The notes beneath the pieces were generated by a model that did no database searches, was not told the origin of the DNA, and saw nothing but the letters and a program-made list of their open reading frames with translations. From Klebsormidium nitens (lineage: Eukaryota > Plantae > Klebsormidiophyceae), in the NCBI GenBank assembly GCA_000708835.1, contig DF237018.1, forward strand, positions 176,589-240,588: DNA of 64,000 nt. The letters run 5' to 3'. Below are positions 59,101-64,000 of the stretch, one piece after another (within the stretch, counting starts at the first letter, position 1; each line of letters opens with the position of its first letter). The position numbers and the translations under genes were made by a program.

Positions 59101-61251
59101 AAAGATTTGAGTGCAAAGTCTCCCGGAATCAAATAGCCAGCAATCAATGCCCCCCCCCGAGCACAGAGTCACTTTTGTCCAACATTGCTAAGCATACCAA
59201 GGACTCTCATGCACTCGGTCTGGTCTCTGTCCCCTGGATAAATAGAAGACAGACAGAAAGGTAAGGAGACAGCCCTCACTTTAGAAGTACACAGATGCAC
59301 TTATCCTTTTTCTTCAACCGCCCCACCTTCTTGTCGTCCATTAGTACCTTCAGCTGAACTTGCCGTGCATCATTACAATCGCTTTGAAAACAATTCAATA
59401 TCAAAAAGTCAGGAGAAATTGCTCTTTTTCCCCGCAGCTCTCTCACTCTTTTATCGTCCATCAGGTAGAAGTAGCTGAAGTTGACGTGCATCATGTCGAT
59501 TGCGTTGCTGTCCTTGGGCCCGAAGCACGCGCCCTCCCTCCGGTCGCAAAACACATACCCGTGGTAGTTGCGCACCCACCCCATTAATGGCATCAGAACT
59601 TTGTCGGCCAGCGTGTTGAGCACGATTCCGCCGGAAACCTTGAACCTGGAAATGGAGAATGGAATTTCTTGCCGCAGCCAGCTTTGATCAGCGGGTTGCT
59701 TATCAGCCTTGTTAGTCAACTGTTTCCCGGAAGAGAGTGATACGCTCTTGAACCTGTTGAAAACAGCAGGAGGTTTGTTCCCGTGCTCAGCCTCATCCAT
59801 ATCAGCTTTTCCGAGTCATTGTATTGTGGTAGAAGGCTTACAGTGAGAGACTTGTATCGAACCTGGGAGCTATGTTCTGAGGCACTCAACTTGGTTAACT
59901 GGCTTGTGAGGTCAGGTTGTGAAGACTGGCGAAAGCTTCCTGTTCTTTCACTTCGACAGATCCCCCGCTTGTGTCGGTTGTTCTCATTCCTCTACTGTCC
60001 TTGGGTGTCAAAGCGGCGTGCGTGCGCATGTCACTAACTTGATGGAAAATCCGACAGCTGAGCTGTACCAGGTACAAGGATATTTCTGTGGATCATACTC
60101 AGGAGAACTTGGAAAAGAAAAACATCAGCCCTGGGTCAGAAGGTCTGAAACAATGCCCGGAGCTCACTGCTTCCACCCCTGTCTTTCATTGACAATATCT
60201 ACTTGTTCCCCAAGTTCCACCAAGCTGGCAATATCAACGTGCACACTTTTTGCTTCTGCCACGAGACTTGAAGCTGAGCGCTAAGTCACCTTCTCCGGAC
60301 GGTTGGATCGAGCTCAGGCATGTACATATTTATCACATAATCCTGCTTGTACCGCTGCATTGCCCCGTCTTTGGCAGCTGCCAACGCTGCATCTTTCCGT
60401 TCCGCCAACTGCAAGAAGATGCGCGAAGCGAGCCGCTGATGCACAATCCCAGTTTGTGTCGGCATAACCCTCTCAAAGGTGGTCTCCTTTCCCTTCCAGA
60501 GTTCTGAGCAAGTATTAGCGCAGAGAAGCCCGGATGAGTGGCGACCCCAAATCGACTTCATCCAAACGCAACATACCCTGCCAAGTCAAGGACTTACTGC
60601 TTCAATGTATTCAAAGAGGATAGACACTCTGTATCGCTGAACGGACCTGGAAGCCTTTGCAACCTGTTGGAGCCTGTTTGGGAGACTTCAGTGCTGGAGT
60701 TCAAGAGCTCACACCCCCTTCTGACATGTTGAAGCATACCAATGATCGAGGGCTAAACGCAGGAGTCTTACGAGGAAAGGCTGATCAACGCAAGTGTCAC
60801 AAAGCTACCACCCAATATGGCGACCACCGCAATGCTTGCCTTCTTGATAAACTGCACTTCAGGCGTGTCCCTCCCTGAGTAAATCATCTGCGTCTGCATT
60901 TGCCGCATCGCCCGCGCCATTCCCGATTCCGGCCCCGTCTCTTGCCGGTCCCCGCCTTCCAACACTCCCCACCTCCGCTTTCGGCCGCCATACGGCTGGG
61001 TCCTCTTCGCGAATGACCCGCATTATTGCGGACGAGTCGTCGCGCGGATCGATGCGCACAAAAGGCCCCATGCCTCTGCCGCTCCCCAGTGGCGCCGCTG
61101 CTGCTGCGGTCGATGCAGCCGCTGCTGTGGTCAGCGCAGCGCTTGCCTCGCTCAAACCTTCAGCGAGTGTGCCCTCGTCGAACCGGACCTTTCGCCCTGG
61201 TTCTCCTCACCTAATGCAATGCCAAAGCTTGTCTCACTTTCACAAGTCCAC
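56183..61251 (-). pseudogene. pRiA4b ORF3 (MM3350)-like domain + C-terminal MYND zinc finger gene, copy B, probably disrupted
   Basis: Same exon series as copy A, with PEESTGACELLEGSGRCPPEDGHG intact and MYND CANCGKPDAQSRCGRCRVLRYCSK-ECQTLHWKEGRHKLAC*. Lesions: 11-nt deletion at 60970/60971 relative to A (frameshift) and TGG>CGG at the conserved W of the PxVWRR motif (60295-60297). The 5' end is unresolved. Confidence 0.75.
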
Positions 61252-64000
61252 CACTGTTGAAACAGGGGCTGTCTGATTGGCAAAATATAATTTCACAAAA
61301 TGTGGAGCGCAGAATGCCAAGTTGCCGCCTTGCTCCAGGGTTCAGAAACCCCTTGTTCAGTCCCCTGTCGTTATAGCCTGCTTTGGAATTCCAACCAGTG
61401 CGGATAGTATCTATATTTTTGTAGTCACGAAAGGAGGTTTACAGAATCCCGTCTTGCACGAGCGGGTGGTCAGATGGAGATTGCGAACGAGCATGCGCCT
61501 TATACTTGAGGGCTAGTCACCAAGGGAACGGTTGAGGTCCGTCAACTTTTGACAGACAAAGGAAGAAGAGGACGAGCAACAAAATGTAGGACCAGCGGCC
61601 TACACACAGATGTCAGGCAGCTTTGAAGACTGAAATTGAAGATGGCAGGAACAGATGTCTACAGTCAGTCATTGCGTGACGGTGCCGTGATTGGCTAGCG
61701 AGCTTTCCACGGGATTCACGTGGGTCACGTGGTCGTAAATCTGGGCGACCGCGAAGCAGAGTACCGCGCAATCAGAGACGCCGACCCTCGAAATCACCCG
61801 GTCGTCCACCCCACATTGTAACCTTGTATATACAGCCCTGAGCTCGACCACTTGATCCGCGGTCTGCCAGTCTGCGAAGAGTTGGGAAGAGTCTGGCAAG
61901 CTGTCGATGTGAATTGGACTGTTCAATCGGGAAAATGGGGGAGAACCGGAGCTCTAGAGCTGGAGGCTCAAAGTGTCTACCACGCCGGCAAAAGTCAGCG
62001 TTTGTACATCTTGTTAAGAATCACTGGTGCATGATCAACCGTGAAAGATGCCACGTCCTGAAACGCGGCGCCGTTTCAAAGGTCCGGTTCTTTCAGCACA
62101 TCGATGACCCCCTTCTGACAATGTTGAGAACTTCGAAGCAACTTCAATTTTGAGCAGGGAGCCGCAAAACGGTGAGCTGACGTCGCTCCCCAGTATCGTG
62201 CCTGACTGGACCCACCCGTATTCTGAACAAGTCAAGGCCACCAGTCTGAGCCTGAAACAAAGGTCAACGATGCGTCTGTCGTCGTGAGAAACCTTCCAAC
62301 GTATCGGCTTGAGTAGCTTTGAGCGGCACCACCAGACTGCCTCGTCGAGAGTTTTCCCGCCCTTCTGGGCACGTAGCTTTTCCTTGGAGCAGATTAAGTA
62401 CGACGCTTTTACGCCCGGCCGTTTGACGAAGGTGCGAGAGCCTACGTTCTGCTTCTGCAATATGGTCGTTCGTCTTCATTCTCGCCAGATTCCCGCTGAA
62501 TCCGCTCATCGCTTTCTCGTACCAAATTCCGAAGTTTCCTGATCCCATAAAAGGCCGCTAAACGCATATAGGTGCCCAGATCTGTTATCATGGTCAGCCC
62601 CACTCCTCTTTTCCGTGTACGTTCAAAGCCAGTTTCTCAACCACCCCCCTTGTCAGATGGTCAACTAGATGTCAGTGCGCACCCCGTCCTAAGGAAGCTC
62701 GCCTATCTAGTTGTCATTCTCATAAGCTCAAAGTTCTGTGAGCGACCGTGGAGAGTGTGGGCTTCGTCCAACCGGAAAAATCGAGGTGTCATCTTGGCCG
62801 TTTGTGAGCCGTCTTTGACTCTTGTTGGAGTCAAAGAGGCTACCCACTTGACTGTTTAGGCAGTGGACGAGAGTAGAAGGCTTTGCACAAGTTGCTGAGC
62901 GCATCTTATGGTCAGACTCAGCCGAATCTTGCGGATCCGAAAGAGAGCCCAAGTCGAGTGAAGTCAGCGGGCCGTTCCCCTGGCATCGCGTCCCTGACGT
63001 TAGCCAGACGTCATCGGGGCAGCAGGTTGTTGAGCGACTTGCATGGCTGCGGTTGTGCCACGAGCTCACTGGCGCCCGTCTTCTTCAATTGCTTTCGTCC
63101 GCCCACTTCAAGCTGGGGCCGTTCGCTCCGGGCGCACTCTGACGAGGCCGGACTGCCTGATGGTCTTCCTGTGGATCCTCAAAACTCGCAACGGTGTTTC
63201 TTCCACGAACCTGCAACATTCCATCCAATCAACTCTACCAGATTTCGGAGACGTCGCCTGACTTCGGAGAGTTTCTTATATGTTGCAAAGTCGTTTTGAG
63301 TGTTAAACAGCTGAAATTCTGTCACTTTTTCTGGGGGCTCAACGCGGGCCTGAAAGCACATTTTGAAAACGGTATGTCGAAAGTCGTGACGCAGCTCTGG
63401 GCCTTCTTCTTTTAGCTTTGACCTTGGGGTTCTGAACACGGTGATATCTTGGAAACTATCCTCCAAATTGCATTCCGCTCATCAAATTTTGAGAGACCAA
63501 TCTGGGTGCCGAAGCCAACTTGCGAATCTTTCAAGCCAGCTCCTCGACGAGTCGCTCGTCAGCTGTTTGCGGTGGGCTTGGCTAAATCATGGTCTAGATC
63601 ATGGTCTAAAGATGGTGAACCACTGAAAGCACCTTATCTGAGAGCCAGGTTTTTCATCCCCCAACTTTACCACTGGGTAGAGGCGAAGACGGGGGGCTAC
63701 TTCCACCTCGCTCGGTGGGCGAAAGTATGTCGCGCTATAGCTGGGCAATCCTTCTTCTTGTTAGCGGGATTCCACAAAACCGACTTTTCGCAGGTGGGCT
63801 GAGAGAACGCATTCAGCGGCTGGCCATAGTTTGTGACCGTTTTCGTCACGTTTGAAGCAGTTGCCATGACAAAAAACACTTCATGTTATGATCAGCAGTG
63901 TCTCATGTAAACAGGACGAAGTATGAGCTGGTGGGTATGCAAATCTTCGTCTTTAGACTTCTTCTTGCGGTGGGTCGAACCTGAGAAGTGGTTCTAGGGG

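Larger units (their letters stand above)
52704..61723. repeat. Tandem segmental duplication, copy B (~9.0 kb)
   Basis: Directly abuts copy A with the same gene order and orientation. Homology to copy A ends at the CACGTGG near 61723. Confidence 0.9.

Noticed and set aside
62755-62785. LDEAH on the minus strand suggesting a SNF2/DExH helicase remnant
   Set aside because: No Walker A or other helicase motifs in register, and the frame is stop-riddled. A chance match is likely.

Overview
Eukaryotic, intron-rich nuclear DNA from a green plant lineage. Plant-type proteins, CTRAC branch points, telo-boxes and TTTTAGGG-like repeats suggest a Klebsormidium-like streptophyte alga (inference). Ten genes alternate strictly in strand: the 3' end of a bacterial-style GH16-like glycosidase (+), LST8 (-), CK2 alpha (+), a plastid DAD1-type phospholipase A1 carrying a ~180-aa multi-helix hydrophobic insert (-), the AFG2/CIP111 AAA+ ATPase (+), and a >2,380-aa mostly disordered protein with RGG, two LOTUS-like domains and an RRM (-). 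These are followed by a ~9-kb cassette duplicated in tandem (about 43.6-52.7 kb and 52.7-61.7 kb). Each cassette copy holds an intronless putative 2OG/Fe(II) dioxygenase-like gene (+) converging on a pRiA4b-ORF3(MM3350)-like/MYND-finger gene (-). Both copies of the latter are disabled by different lesions. Other elements: a TA-flanked MITE in copy B only, telomere-like repeats at the start of each unit, a 40-bp TGACGTCA-core intronic array related to DVS-coding repeats in exons, and palindrome-dense spacers at every convergent gene junction. Exon structures were read by eye. Domain calls come from motif recognition, not database searches. The last ~2.2 kb could not be assigned.
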